The position numbers and the translations under genes are program-made. Positions 36,963 through 49,858 of a stretch of DNA of 64,000 nt are shown here, piece after piece. How positions within the stretch are numbered: the stretch's first letter is position 1; each line of letters opens with the position of its first letter. The stretch comes from Klebsormidium nitens (taxonomy: Eukaryota; Plantae; Klebsormidiophyceae): the NCBI GenBank assembly GCA_000708835.1, contig DF237387.1, positions 1 to 64,000 of the forward strand, read 5' to 3'. A model generated the notes under the pieces. The model saw only the letters and a list, made by a program, of their open reading frames with translations. It did no database searches and had not been told where the DNA came from.

Positions 36963-39900
36963 ATGGACCCCTCTCGCTTTCAGAGACATGTGGAATCATT
37001 GCGGGAGGCGAATGCCGCTGGCGATGTCCCTTCCATAACGGCTGCGCTAGAGGATTTGTCAAGGGCCACCTATCGAGATTACGTAAGTGATTCGCAGAGC
37101 AGGAATGTTGTGATCTGGCAAAAAAGGTTATATTCGAAAACAGACTGGCGGCGCCAAAGGTGTCCTGTTCTTGAATGCAATTCTTCATGCCTGGGTTCGC
37201 TCCCTTCTCGTGCAAGACGTTAAGAGTTGGACATCCGAAGTGCACTTGCTGGTCAAAATGAGACTTGAAGGACAGAAGCGTGGAATAGACTGAAGCGTGA
37301 AATCGAGAATGAACGATACACATAGCTGCATTAAGTGATTGGAGTAGCTTTGAGCTGACACCACATAGCGTCGCAGTCTGCTTTAGTTCCTGTCTACCCC
37401 TTTTCGTGTCTGCATATGAATGCTGCAATTTTAACCCAAACAACATGTGGCCACTGCAGACCATCAAGTCATTCCTCGTAGAGGCTGGGGTGATTCCGGC
37501 CCTCGTGAGCACAAGCGAGGTCCTCCCACAAGACAGCACAGCCCAAGAAGCGAATGGCGCCGTCGCCCTGTGCCTCTGGGGCCTCTGCATAGGCCACAGG
37601 CCAAACAAGATTAAGGTGAGCCCCTGAAACCATTCATGCTTTATGCACCGTTCTTTCTTGTTCCTGTTCATGTACCTTTCATTCCTGTCTTTCCTGTTAG
37701 CAACTTTAGAGTCTGGCTGGAATGTCCAAAGCCGGACAGCTTGTAGGGTAGAATTGCAAGAGTGCTTTATCGCTCCACTTTGTTGAATTCCATCATAAGA
37801 TTAAGGTGGCACCCGCATGATGCTGTCCGTCAGTCGCCGGGAGCCATAGCTGGTGCATTGCAGTGCCATCTTGATCCTTGAAGTGTTTCTTGAGAATTTG
37901 TCTTCGAAATACCTGTCTATCTGTCATTGAACACCAGTACTCCACAACTTTTCAAGAAGAAGGGCCAGATCAGATAATCACGAACTTCTGGATACCTGAG
38001 CAGGGATGTGGTTTTGCAGTATTACGAAGTTTTGGCTTTCAGGCCTTTCTCCTCAAAAGTAGCTTCTGCCTTAATGTGGTCAAAATCGATCGCATTCGGC
38101 TAAAGTCCTATTAGTGAGGCCATCTTCCAGTCGGATGTTAATCCTACGAACCTCTTACAGATTCTGTTGTCTGAAGGCTAACACAAACTTTGCCATCCCT
38201 TTTGCAGTTGGTGGAACAGGGCGGCCTCTCGGTGCTCATCAAGGGCCTCAGTGGTGATGCGCACGAGGACTGTGCCCAATACAGCGCTCTTGCTGTCTGG
38301 AGCCTCTGCTACTCGGTGAGGGTGCCAGCTCTTTGTCATCTCGTCATCCTACGAAAAATCGATATTCTTGGATGTGCTGGTACACTCGTGTTGAAAAATA
38401 TTTTGGCGTCTCGAAATTGTGGACTAGCTCGCACTCAAACAATTTCGGCCGGTGGGGTCCTAGTGGTTCACGGTCTGAGCTTTATGGCTTTCTGCTGATG
38501 TGGCACATCAAAAGAGGTCTCCAGTGCACTTTCGCTGGAGCCTTTGACGCTTGCAAATCGGTGAAGAAACTTCGAAGCGGGGCCTGGTTTGCAAGGTCGC
38601 AAAGCTGGCAACGAAGCAACGCGTTCGAGAGGGTGTCTCACAAGAGCCTTCAGTGGTCTTGTGCATAGTGGTCCCGAAAATTCTGCTCGAGGCGTTTCAA
38701 CTGTCCCCAATCGATGCTACCGAGTAAACCCCTCGAACATTGCATGAGCCTCGGTCAGAATTGAGGTAAGAGCTCCACTGAACTGCACCTCTCCGTGGTT
38801 TCTCAGGTGCCGGAGAACCAGTTAGCTGCGGCCGCAAGCATTCCTGCCTTGAAGGCCCTTCTCGACCATACCAGCACGCTCGTCCAGGTCAGTCTGTGGA
38901 AGTTGTTCTCTTAGTGCGAGCTGCTCCATTTGCCTTCTCGACAAACTTTCTTTTGTCCGACCAGTTTTTGTAGTACGACAAAAGGTCGCTTCCACTATCT
39001 TGCTTCGAACCTGTTACTCACTCTGGTGGACGAGAAGACCTCTGACTGAGAGGTGTGCGGCAGAGTACATTAGCCGAAGAAGCTTGTGGAGCTTATTTCT
39101 CTTCGGCTTCAGGATCCCGTTGACTAACTTCAATTGCACGGCTTGCTTCTTTCTGCGGCTTACCGAAACGTTTACCACGAGACGCCGTTTTAATCTCTGA
39201 AGCCTTTTTCCCTCGGGTACGTTCGTGGGTACTTGGAGGCCGGGCTGTTACCAGCTTCCAATCAGTGTAGTTGTTTTGTGATTGTAAGAAAGTTGGTTGG
39301 TCAGGTTCACGCTTGATTGATCAGAGACACAAATGAGGCCGGGGAATGATGAGCAATAGCAAAACGAGATTTCTTTTTCACAAAGATGTACCTTTCCATA
39401 TTTTACCTCGTTATTTGTCAAAATTTTGTGTATCCACATGCAGTACTCAGCGGCGGGGGCTCTCTGGGCCGTCTCCTCGCACCCCCTGAACCGAGAGCAG
39501 CTCGTTTGCGACAGCCGCTTGCTCGCCACTTTAGTTCGTTTCCTTCCCAAAGCGCCGCCCCCCCTGGACGAAGCCCCGCCCCCAGAACCGGCAGCTTCTT
39601 TGCCGGCACCCGGGCCTGCTCCGATTAATTGGCGCCCGGTACAAGACAACCGGGCAGTCTCGCAGCATCCGGAAGAGCATGGAGTGGCTCGGGCGTCGCT
39701 TTCCGGGCAGACCGATACCAGACTCGGCGAATCCGCTTTGTCCGAAGATGTCGAACCGTCTGAAAATGCTACTCGGTCTGAACCAGGGTCAATCTCTAGG
39801 GCGGGGCCAGAAGCTGGGCTGTTACAATTAGGTGCTCTGTTAGAAACTCAACCAGTCGAGCTTGTTGAGCCGTCTGCTGATTCTATAGAACGGGCCAGGC

Positions 39901-42577
39901 CGGCCGAATCTATGACCTCTTCTAGAGAACCTTTGTACGAACGTGACGCTTCGGCAGAAGTCTCAACGCAGACGTCTCCCCTCAGTGAAGAAGGCCGAAG
40001 CCGGTTGCAAGGAGAAAGCTCGGGTGGCGGCGCAATCGAAGGTCGCCACGAATCCGCTTATCGGGAGATTCGCGACAGCTGGCTTGAGGCGACCGAACGG
40101 CTGAGCGAGAACCTCCAGCGGCAGACCGACTTTCTCGGACGCCGGACGCGGCGCCTGCGGGGGTTGTCCGGAACGGCACCCAGTCTGTCGGCAGCCGCGG
40201 CAGCGGCGTCTGGCGTCGGTCCGATCGGTCCGCTCCCGAGTGACGGGGAGGCTGTGGAAACGGAAACGGAACGTTTGGGAAGCGGGTCAGGGGCTTCGCC
40301 TGATAGCACTGTGCCACGTGGAGTGTTGGGGTCAGGATCGGGGGTCCCAGGAACAACGGAGACGGAAACGGTCCTGGCAGAAACGATGGAGACGGTGACA
40401 CACCTGGACGCGCTAGAAACCTCCGTTGCGTCTGGGCTGGGGTCCGAGAGCGCCGGCGTGTGGGCTGCTCCAATTGAGAGGGATCCCCCGGCAGGCGAAG
40501 TTCGGCCTCAGAGCAGCGCCGCAATCGACGAGCTCCGCTCGCTGGTGCGTGCCGAGCGTGCTCGGGCAGAGTCCTTTGTGGCGCGTGCGCGCGCGCTCGT
40601 CGCCGAGGAGCGCGCGATCCGCGGCAACATTGGCGCGCTCGAGCGCGAGCTCGCAATTGCGGTCCGCGAACGGGACGCCGCCGTCCGCGAGCGGGACCGC
40701 ACGTCTGCGGTCCTCGGGCGCGCTCTCGCGGCGCTCTCGTCCGCCCGCGACCAGCTCGCAGCCCTCGGGGGAACCCTCCGAGCGGCAAACGCTGCCGCAC
40801 CTCCACGCGTTCCGTCAGCCGTTCCGGCCGGAACACTGACTGGTATCACCGGAACCGCCCCGGGAGTCGAACCCGAGGAGTACGAGCTCCTCGAGATGCT
40901 GGATTCCTCCCCCGGGGTGCCGTCCCCCGACCCACAACAAGCCCGGAAGGCGTGTCTGATGGCGTGCCTTTTACTCGGGAACCTGTCGCTGTGCCGCGGG
41001 GGGAGCGGCACGATGTTCGAGGGGGAGCGGTGGCCGGAGGCGATGGCGGGCGTGCTGCGGTTTGTGACGGGCCTGGGGGGGCTGGACGCGTTCTGGGCGA
41101 CCATGCTGTGGACGACGGTGCAGCCGCTGGTGGACCTGCTGCAGTCGACGGAGCCAGCAGTGCAGGTAGCACAACAATCTTGACGCAGTTCTCCCTTTAG
41201 TAGCGTGGGAAGTCGTGTGGAGTTCCTCGTGACCGTGGCATTTCGGAGCTTTTGTTGCGGCCTTTCTGAAAATTTTGTTTTTCAAAGTGAAGGAATTTCA
41301 ATCAGTTTGGTCCGAGCGAACATGCCAGAGGTTTCCGAGATTGTAAGCACGTTCGCGAAGTGATTGCCAGACTAGAGAGATCTGGAGAAGGAGCCTGTAC
41401 TTCGTTGCGAGGTTACAATTTTCAAGCCGCCGAGGGATTGTTAAAGGAATGGGTGGCTCACTAATGCAGGCCGGCTCTTCCCCCTTTGAATTGCTTCGCA
41501 TGCATTTCTTGCGCAGGCGCTGTCCCTGTTTATCGTGGGGGACTTATGTACAGGCAACGAGCATAAGCACAAGTTCATCATGGAAGGCGCGGTGCCGCAC
41601 CTTGGCCGCCTCTGCACCTCTTCGTCGCCCCTAGTCAGGTCGGCTGCCGCACACGAGTTCTCTGATCATTACAAACGATGAACGGAAACCGGCGCCAGAG
41701 ACCCTATTTCCACCCTATGCCCCTCGACCTATACCCCCGGAACTAGCAAGGAAGAGGTCGAGCCCACTGTCTTTGAAGGAGTCGATGTGACAGTCTCGCT
41801 ATTGACAAATGTCGACGTATCGTCGGGCTTGAACCGTTTGATGAGCTGCACTCGCTTTCTTTCAGCCAAGGGTTTTGACCAGAGTTTGGTGCTACTCAAA
41901 TCCTGGTATACGAGCTGCCAAGCTGCGAGCTTCAGCCCTGTTGAAAGCACACCTCTTTGAAGAGCCCTGTTGAAAGCACACCTCTTTGAAGACGCCAGGT
42001 CTGACTTCGCAAAAAGTTGGTGTCTCAAGACGTTGTGACATTCTCCGTATCCGAAACTGCGAAAGCACACTTCTGTGGTTGCTGCGGAAGTTCGTTATGT
42101 GGACTTGGCCGCTTTCGTTGCTTGCCGTGGCCGCCTGTTGGCGGCTAACAGTAGCAAGTGTTTGGGGCGGGACGATGGTTCTAGACAATGTGGCGTACAG
42201 CAATGAAAGGAGCAAAGGCGCCTTGACCTTGTCCGGGCACTGTCACAAACATCTCATCGCACTCTTACACGTTTCCGAATCGTTGCAGGAGGCTAGCACG
42301 GAACGCCCTTCTGCAGCTGGGGATGCGCCCCTCTGCCGTCGCCTCAGCGGGGGATCCCCCAGCGCAAGAAACGTCTCCCGAGGCCCGGCGCATGGGCAAT
42401 GATGACGTAAGCGAGTGTGTCATCTGCTGCGATGAGGTCAGCGCCGCAGCTTTCGAGCCGTGTGGCCACGTGGTCTCGTGCCTCCGGTGCGCGCAGTGCC
42501 TCGTCGCGAGGGGGGACAGATGTCCGCTATGCAGAGAAGCTATCGTTTCGATGAACATGCGTAAGAGTAGTTTCTGA
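36963..42577 (+). CDS. ARM-repeat protein with disordered/coiled-coil insertion and C-terminal C3HC4 RING finger (putative E3 ubiquitin ligase)
   Basis: ARM-like exons (LVEAGVIPALV, LVEQGGLSVLIKGL, ALAVWSLC, EGAVPHLGRLC), a heptad-rich segment (IGALERELAIAVRERDAAVRERD), and the RING CVICCDEVSAAAFEPCGHVVSCLRCAQCLVARGDRCPLCRE. Confidence 0.85.
41934..41991. repeat. Perfect 29-bp direct repeat x2 in the last intron of the ARM-RING gene
   Basis: agccctgttgaaagcacacctctttgaag occurs twice in tandem. Confidence 0.9.
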
Positions 42578-43434
42578 CAGGGGTATGTGGCATTTTGAGG
42601 TGGGGTGAGTACTAACGGAGCTGCGAGGTTCGAGAAATGGTCGGTGGTTATGGTGTCAGCAATTGCTGATCGGCATTTGGACGATAAGTTACCAGAGGAA
42701 GACGAAAGGCGGGTGACGCGAGGTACAAAAGAGGTAATCAAAGGTGTCGGGAAGATGAAAGCTCGCTCGATTTGAAAGTAGACGTGACCTGTAGGACTCG
42801 CTAGACATAGCTCCAGCTGGTTCACATTCGCTGTCTTTGTACATAATAAGCGGTGCCGAAGTTGGTTCGCTCATGGTCCTTCGGCCATGCTTAGAAATGT
42901 CAACGCAACATGTGCAAAAACCTTGGAATCCACATGCTCAAGGAGTCTCAGTCAGAGCCGTTGAAGACGTCAAGCTGTGCCCAGGTTGCTTCCTCTATAT
43001 AAGAATACATAGAGGACGCAGATAGTGGCAGCACGCATTTGCATGCGCATCCTGGCTGCCAGCATCGAGCCCACGGGACTAATGGCAGCCTTTGGCGAAT
43101 TGAAAGAAGCCCTAGTCGATCAACGCAGATGAGAATGATCGACTCGCAAGATCAATCGCGTGTGCCTTATATGGGCCTATAAAAGCTGTGTGCTATGTTA
43201 TGACCTGCCGCAACAATTGCGCACATCATGTTCGAGCATTCCTAACCTCTCTCGAAAGCATATGATGAAACTGGAGAGGGATTCGAAATTAACTATAGCT
43301 GTGAATTTCCCGCTTTCACGGATTGCCACAAAATCTAGGCCGCTGATTGCAAACACCATGCGGCTTGCTTGCTAGTGTACTGTTGTAGTGCATGTCGCAA
43401 CTCAACAAACTGATCGAACGTATAACTTGGCGCG

Positions 43435-43489
43435 GCGCGGCCGTTGTCCGCGCGCAGACAATTGCGCCGCGCGGCCGTTGTCCGCGCGC
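43435..43489. repeat. 21-bp GC-rich direct repeat (gcgcggccgttgtccgcgcgc) x2, ~290 bp upstream of the DUF262 gene
   Basis: Identical copies at 43435-43455 and 43469-43489. Confidence 0.8.
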
Positions 43490-43775
43490 GGCCGTGGCGA
43501 CGCTGAAGCCAGACGTGCCGGAGGTTTGGGAAGGGGTTTACAAGCCCCAATGGCAAGAGTAAGATTTGGCGGGTGCAAACTCGAGTGCAACACCAGCCTG
43601 AGTCACCTAATACGTGCTACCTATCATGACACTTTCACGAACAGCTTGTGTTGACAGTATTATAGAGGCCTATGCAGGAGCTGCATTCTAGCTCTCGCAG
43701 CTAGAATTTTGGCAGCTAGTGGTTTATGAGGAGGCGCCGCCGCCATCTCCTACCCCAGCCCCCCTGCATGGCGGC

Positions 43776-46700
43776 ATGGCTGCAGCCCTTCCCCTGCTGG
43801 ACAGCGTCTCCCGCGCGCTGACTCGCGGCAGCTTGCCTGCCTTGCGTGCAGCATACCGGCGCTGCTTGCATTGCCAATTGGGATTATCTGCAAGACCAGC
43901 TGCAAAGCGCGCAAGGGCTGCCAAAGGTCCTCCTTTTTCGTCCTTGCCAGCCATTCACCGTCGGCAGTCCGTATCCGAAAGTCCGGGACATAATTTCGCT
44001 GGTGGTGGTACTGAATTGCTGGCGTGCAAAAACCCGCCCACTGTTCTCTGGTCTCTAAGCTCGTTCCGCTCGCCGTTGCTGGGGGGGCCGATTTGCACCA
44101 CCTTCTCTCGCACACCACAGCTGACTGACAACCAATTTGGCCACAGCGTTTCTCCACTTTGCGCAGCAGCAATTGATGTGGAGCTCGAGGATGACTATGG
44201 CTACAGGGAGGCGGCAGAGTTGGACGAGGAGGAAGAGGAAAGGGAGCCCGCCCGAGCATCTCGGGATCACGGCACGGAGGAGCGCCTGGTGGCCAACGAG
44301 AAAATGCTGCAGATTAACAAAGCAGGTGACTGCACAGCCGAACCGTCACATCGTCACACGTTTGTTCCGCCGTACCACCACACGTGCTGGTTCAAATCAG
44401 GACTGAGGAGGAAGTTTGAAGTTCGTGAATCAGGACTAGTTGTCTCGCATAGAAGGGGTTCGATTCATCTACACACTTGTTCAACAAGTGTACGCCTTTG
44501 GAAAAGTTGACGCCTTCGCAGACAGGGCGTAATGCTCCATCGCTCACTATCGTCCATTCAATCTAAGCTTTCCTCTCTGTTTGCAGACTTTACAGTCAGT
44601 TCTTTACTGGACAAGATCTCACGGGCCAAGCTCAACCTGAAACCAGCATACCAGGTACGCTGCTCAGATGCGTTTCTCGGGATTATCACTACAACAACAT
44701 CTGATGTGACAAGCGGTGTCCCCTGCCGTCAATCCGTGTTTGCGTGTAGCTCAATCAGGCACGAGTAGTGTGAGCTTCTTTCGCAATCGGTCTTGGGTCA
44801 ACCAAGCCAGCGGGGCATAAGGCTTTGCTGTTGCATGTGCTCAATCGCTGCTGTCACATCCGGTGCAGAGGGACTACGTCTGGGACAAGAAGACGGCTAG
44901 CAAGCTCATAGAGTCACTCCTGGTGAGCTGACTCGTGTCCAGCATTTGCCATGGATGAGTCCACGTTGCACACTCTTGGCTTGCTGACTTCCTTTCATCC
45001 TGTGTCTCTGACTTCCTTCTTTGCGTTGCTTGTTTCCCAGTTGAGCCCCATCTTAGATGCATGCTCACCTTTCTTCGACTCCCTTACTGTGCGTTACTTA
45101 TTACGGAGGGGTACTGTGTGCAGCTCAACATTCCCGTCCCCACAATGTTCTTCCACGAAAAGGTATGCCCTGGCCCCCACTCTCCGCAACTTCCCGGCTT
45201 AGGCATCAGTCTCCCGTTTCAATTGTCCACCATGCCCTTTGTTTTCTTCTTAAATATACTGTACCCCAGTTTCAGATATCTGCCATAGAGCTACAACCGA
45301 TGGGTGTGGAATGGCTTGAACTCCCGAAATAACGGATGTTACTCTCGTGAGCATCGTGAAGGCGAATTCGAGGGTGCCAGGATTCCCTTTAGTGATCTAA
45401 AATGGGACGAATATCGAAGTCTTTGAATGATGAAAGGAATCAAACAATGCCATGCTTTTAGAACTAGAGGCGGTGACGATGCAGGAGCGCGGCAAGCTGG
45501 AGGTGGTCGACGGCAAGCAGCGCCTGACCAGCATATGGTCCTTCATCGTCGAGGAGCGCTTCCCGGACGGCACCCAATTTCACCTCACTGGCCTCGAAGT
45601 CTTGCGCAAGGTATGCCTAGAAACCTCTTCAGTTACATAGTTGTAGCGGGCTTTTGCGTGGTCGAGGTGGGCTCGAAGAAGCGCACTGGTTTGAGGCAGG
45701 CACAACGCCAGCTCGCAGCTGCAGCTATAAGGTCGAGGAACTTTCCTCGAATGCATGTTATCAATGGCCATCTTCGCTTGCTCGGCTGTTCGAAGGGAAG
45801 ATAAACTTTGATCTATGATCCTGTACAGGCAAGTAAGCCGCGCAACCTTATTTTGAAATGTCGGAGTACAAAGCTGTGCATCCTTTCGTTGACAAGAAGT
45901 CTTCGGTTTGACTACGAAACTTTCGTGTTGCTGCGCTAGCTGTTTGCATTGGTCCTAGGACTGCCAAGGATCGCTCTTTATATCGAACTCAGGAAAGATA
46001 CTTGCAAGGACGTTGATGAGATCACTTGACTAAGGACGGATATCGTTGGATTGGAGCTTAGGAGTTGGTAGGGGTGCGGAGGAGGTACCTTTTGCGGTCC
46101 GATTACTCGTAGCCTGACCTTATTCTCTTGGTCTATGAACACTTTCCTAAGATCCATGCTCTGTGTGTGCAGCTGAACGGTCTGCTGTACAGCGACTTGA
46201 ACGACGACCTCAAGGAGTCGTTGCAGGACTACGCGCTTAACGTGCACACCATCAGCCGCCACTCCGACGAGGACGTCGTGTTTGAGGTGCGTTTGCATTT
46301 CGTGATCGTTACAAAACGTGGAGCCACTCTCAAACAGCCATGTACCAAACCGTGGGAAGGCGAGTTCTAAGAATAAGTATCGAGGTCTTGCGCACACCGC
46401 GGTATCTCCTTGGAGTATCGGTTTCGGGGCACCGGCCTGGGATTCCCATCCCTTGGCACCGTTGCACCCCCTCTGATTCAATCATCACTTTGCAACACGT
46501 CCTTCGTAGCAAAGTCTGGGTCTTGTTGCGAGGTTCGTGCCTTAATATAGCTCAGGAAAGAAAGCCGTCGTACGATATCCTTTTCGGTTGCCCACGTAGA
46601 ACCTTGTCCCGCACGCCTATTCAGGTGTTCGATCCGGCCTCCCGTCCTGACCGACTCAGCGGCATCCGCCGGTCTTGGTACTTTTGGCCCCATATACCCA

Positions 46701-49155
46701 TACGCGGATTGTCCGATGCAAAGATGGATTGCAGTGAATGTTTATTTACCTTCCTTTCATGTTCAGGTGTTTGAGCGGCTCAACATGGGCTCCACGCAGC
46801 TGAACGAGCAGGAGCTGCGCAACTGCATCTACCAGGGCACGTACAACAGCCTCCTCGAAGACCTCGTCCTGGACGGCTACATGCTGCTCGCCATGCACGC
46901 CGACGCGCCGCACAAGAGGTGACTGGTCTCGAGTTGCATTTGATAAGCCTACAAGTCTGCGTAGGGCATGCATGGCCACGTCAAGCAGTCAACGGCGATG
47001 GGCCCCCGAGAGGCTGTACCTTAAGTTTAGTCCGTGAGAAAAGGCTTAGACCTACTGAGTGTGCATTCATGAAGCTTGGAGCTCCGACGCGCATTATTAA
47101 GGTGATTAAGTCGAGCTTTGTCCTTCACTTTCTTGGTAGCTTTTCCCGTCCTCAGGAGGCGGCACCCCGCAATTGCCTCCTCCGTTTCGTGGGACCTGTT
47201 CTCGCTTGCACACTGCGCCGCGCCCACTGTGATCCTGAAGCGTGCGTGGTGCCACGTGCAGGATGCGCGACCGGGAGCTGCTGCTGCGGTTTTTTGCGCT
47301 GCGCACGACCGGCGTCGAGGGCTTCATGCTGCCCGTCAAGACGTGGCTCAACGAACAGATGCGCCAGTGAGCCCCGCCCCAAATGATCCTGGAAGAAAAA
47401 AGCAGTAGCCCAAAACGTGACGACCAAATCCTGAGAAGGAAAAGGAAAAGTAACAGGACTGGGAAAGGCAAGATACAATCAGCCGCACTAAGGACCGATA
47501 CCCTGGACTCATAAGTTCACCTGTTTCACACCGCACCTAGACACCAAAATAAAGCGTACCCGTCCCGACAGGGTGAACTTGATGTTGTCCTGGCTTTACA
47601 CTAATATCTTGACTTGTCAGTATCCTTCTCCACATTACCCTATTTCCGCATGAACAAAGTTTTCCCTGACCCCTAAGTTGCAACTTCCAATCGTGTCCTT
47701 TAGTATGATCGCGCGTGGATCCCCTTGCGTGCAGCAACATGGACGTGTCGACCGAAGAGGCGGCAGCCATGAAGGCGGACTTCGTGCGGAGCGTCCGGCT
47801 GGCGGTGGAGGTCTTTGGAGAAGACCACGTATTCCGCGTCCTTCGGTGAGCCTGTTTCCGGCTTCTGGGTTTAGACTTTTGGGGTCGTTGATTCGTGATC
47901 TTCATTGACTGGGTCGCCGGCATAGAGAATTGTGCTGTGTGAGAAATGCTGATACGCATTGCGATAACAAACACGGAGGCTGCAGTCAATAGGGTAGGGT
48001 TCATTAGGACACCAAACCAACCGATGTGAAGGCGGTATTCAGTGCTGATAAGACCGAAAAGAGATTTGCATCTCCATTTTATGAGTTGCTTAGTCTCCTT
48101 CAATCCTGCGATCACGCGGATCGGCCACCATTGCAAGTTTCGTGACCGGCCGCAACGGCTACTGGGCTGCCTCCTAGCGTTGCGGCACCAGAAACGTCTC
48201 TTACGAAGGTGTAAGAGGACATCATATCGTGCGCGAGTCGCAGCAACTTCCAGTCTCCGAGCATTCGTTTGTTTCGACCACCAAGCCATTGAGCTTCATC
48301 TGTGTAAGCGAGTGACGGCTGAATTTGCGCAGGAGAGCATGCGGCAGCTGGGTAACTAGTGTGGGGGCGTGTCGTGCAGGCCCGGAGTGCGCAAGGCGGA
48401 CGAGCCCAAGTGGGACTCGGAAGTAAATGTCGCTCTCTGGGACACCGTCATGGTTAGTTCTGTATTCCCGCCGCACATCGCGCATCGCACATCACTTAGA
48501 CGATTTGTCGTTCTTTTTAAACCTCCGCGGCATTGGTTCAGATTTAGAAAGGTTAATCCAACAACTGGGTGTGCCAAGTGCGCTTGTTGTGCTCACAGAT
48601 CAGAAAAGCAGAAGGAGAAAGAATTGCGTCGAAAAAGTCGCTCCTACCGAAACGCGCTTAAACGGCTTGTTTGCCCTGTGCAGTTCGGTTTCTTGCAGTT
48701 TCAGGACGATGACGGCATCCTGGCGGCCCGGAGCGAAATCAAGAAAGCGCTCATGGACCTGATGACAAAGGTAAGCCAATGCGATGTGCCAAGAACATCC
48801 ACGTTCTGGCTGCTAATGCGCGACAGGTACTCCCATGTTTCGTCCTAGTGCGAAGTGGGAAAGAAACGAAGCAGACACGATGAAGCCTATGCTTATCAGG
48901 TGCTCTTGCAACAGAGAACCCTTCAGGGACCCTCTTTTAAGAACCAACTGATAATTTTCCCCTTCCTGATTGACATGGTATGCGAATCTTCTTAAGTGCA
49001 CTTTTGTTGAGACAATGAACTTATTCAATCTTCAAATGCAGGATACCGAATTCCGACGCGCACTCGTTTCCAGCAGAAAGGCACTCAAAACCCGCTGCGG
49101 TAAATGGAATAAAGCACTTGGTAAGGTCCTCGGTTCGCCACCTGTAAGAGACTAG
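43776..49155 (+). CDS. DUF262 (GmrSD/SspE N-terminal, ParB/sulfiredoxin-like NTPase) family protein with N-terminal transit-peptide-like extension, 12 exons, ~530 aa
   Basis: Exons 43776-44325, 44587-44654, 44869-44922, 45124-45162, 45485-45610, 46173-46286, 46767-46918, 47262-47366, 47735-47845, 48380-48452, 48684-48770 and 49042-49155 are all GT-AG and phase-consistent (1593 nt). Translation contains [46 protein letters not shown] and [13 protein letters not shown], i.e. the QR / DGxQR / FxxxN hallmark motifs. Confidence 0.92.
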
Positions 49156-49858
49156 GGGTCTCTCAAAAAAAGGTGGGACAACTCGAGATCGTCAAGGTCC
49201 AATACATGAAGTTGGAAAAGTTCAGTCGATGGTTCTAAAGTTGGATGCCATCAAGATGATGAGCACGTGAGAACGCGACCGGTGCTCCCATAAGATATAT
49301 GCCTACTGTACATTTGACTACGGGTCTTCCGTACCAAGCCACGCACCTGGGACAAACCAGAACTTCAATATGGATGACGTGCACTATCCCTTGCATTCAT
49401 ATGGCAAGAGCGCAAAAGTGGCCGGACACGCAGGAAATCAATAGAATTGCACATGTGTGGTCGACCGCCGCACACGCGCGGCAAAGTTCCCTGGCCTAGC
49501 TCACATGAGAACTGCATGAGTAAACCAGCTTTATAAAGGCCATATTTGACCACAGAGTCGTGTTGAACATGTGGAACGACTTGATTGCTATTATGTATAG
49601 GCCGCATGTACTGATGCACATGCAACATGGTTCATCCGCGGTTTTGCCGCTCTGGGGGAATAGATAACGCGTACGAGATTAGCCAATTACGCGAACAATG
49701 CTCACGCAGCCGTTAAATGCTCAATTGGATGATTAGGCTGCACGACCTTGCCCATAAACTGAGCGTCGAACCGGCGTACAACATCACGCAACTTTAGTTC
49801 CAAGACGCGGCCCCTTCGAACGCCACTTGAGCCCCTCCGAGCAGACTAGCAACTCCCA

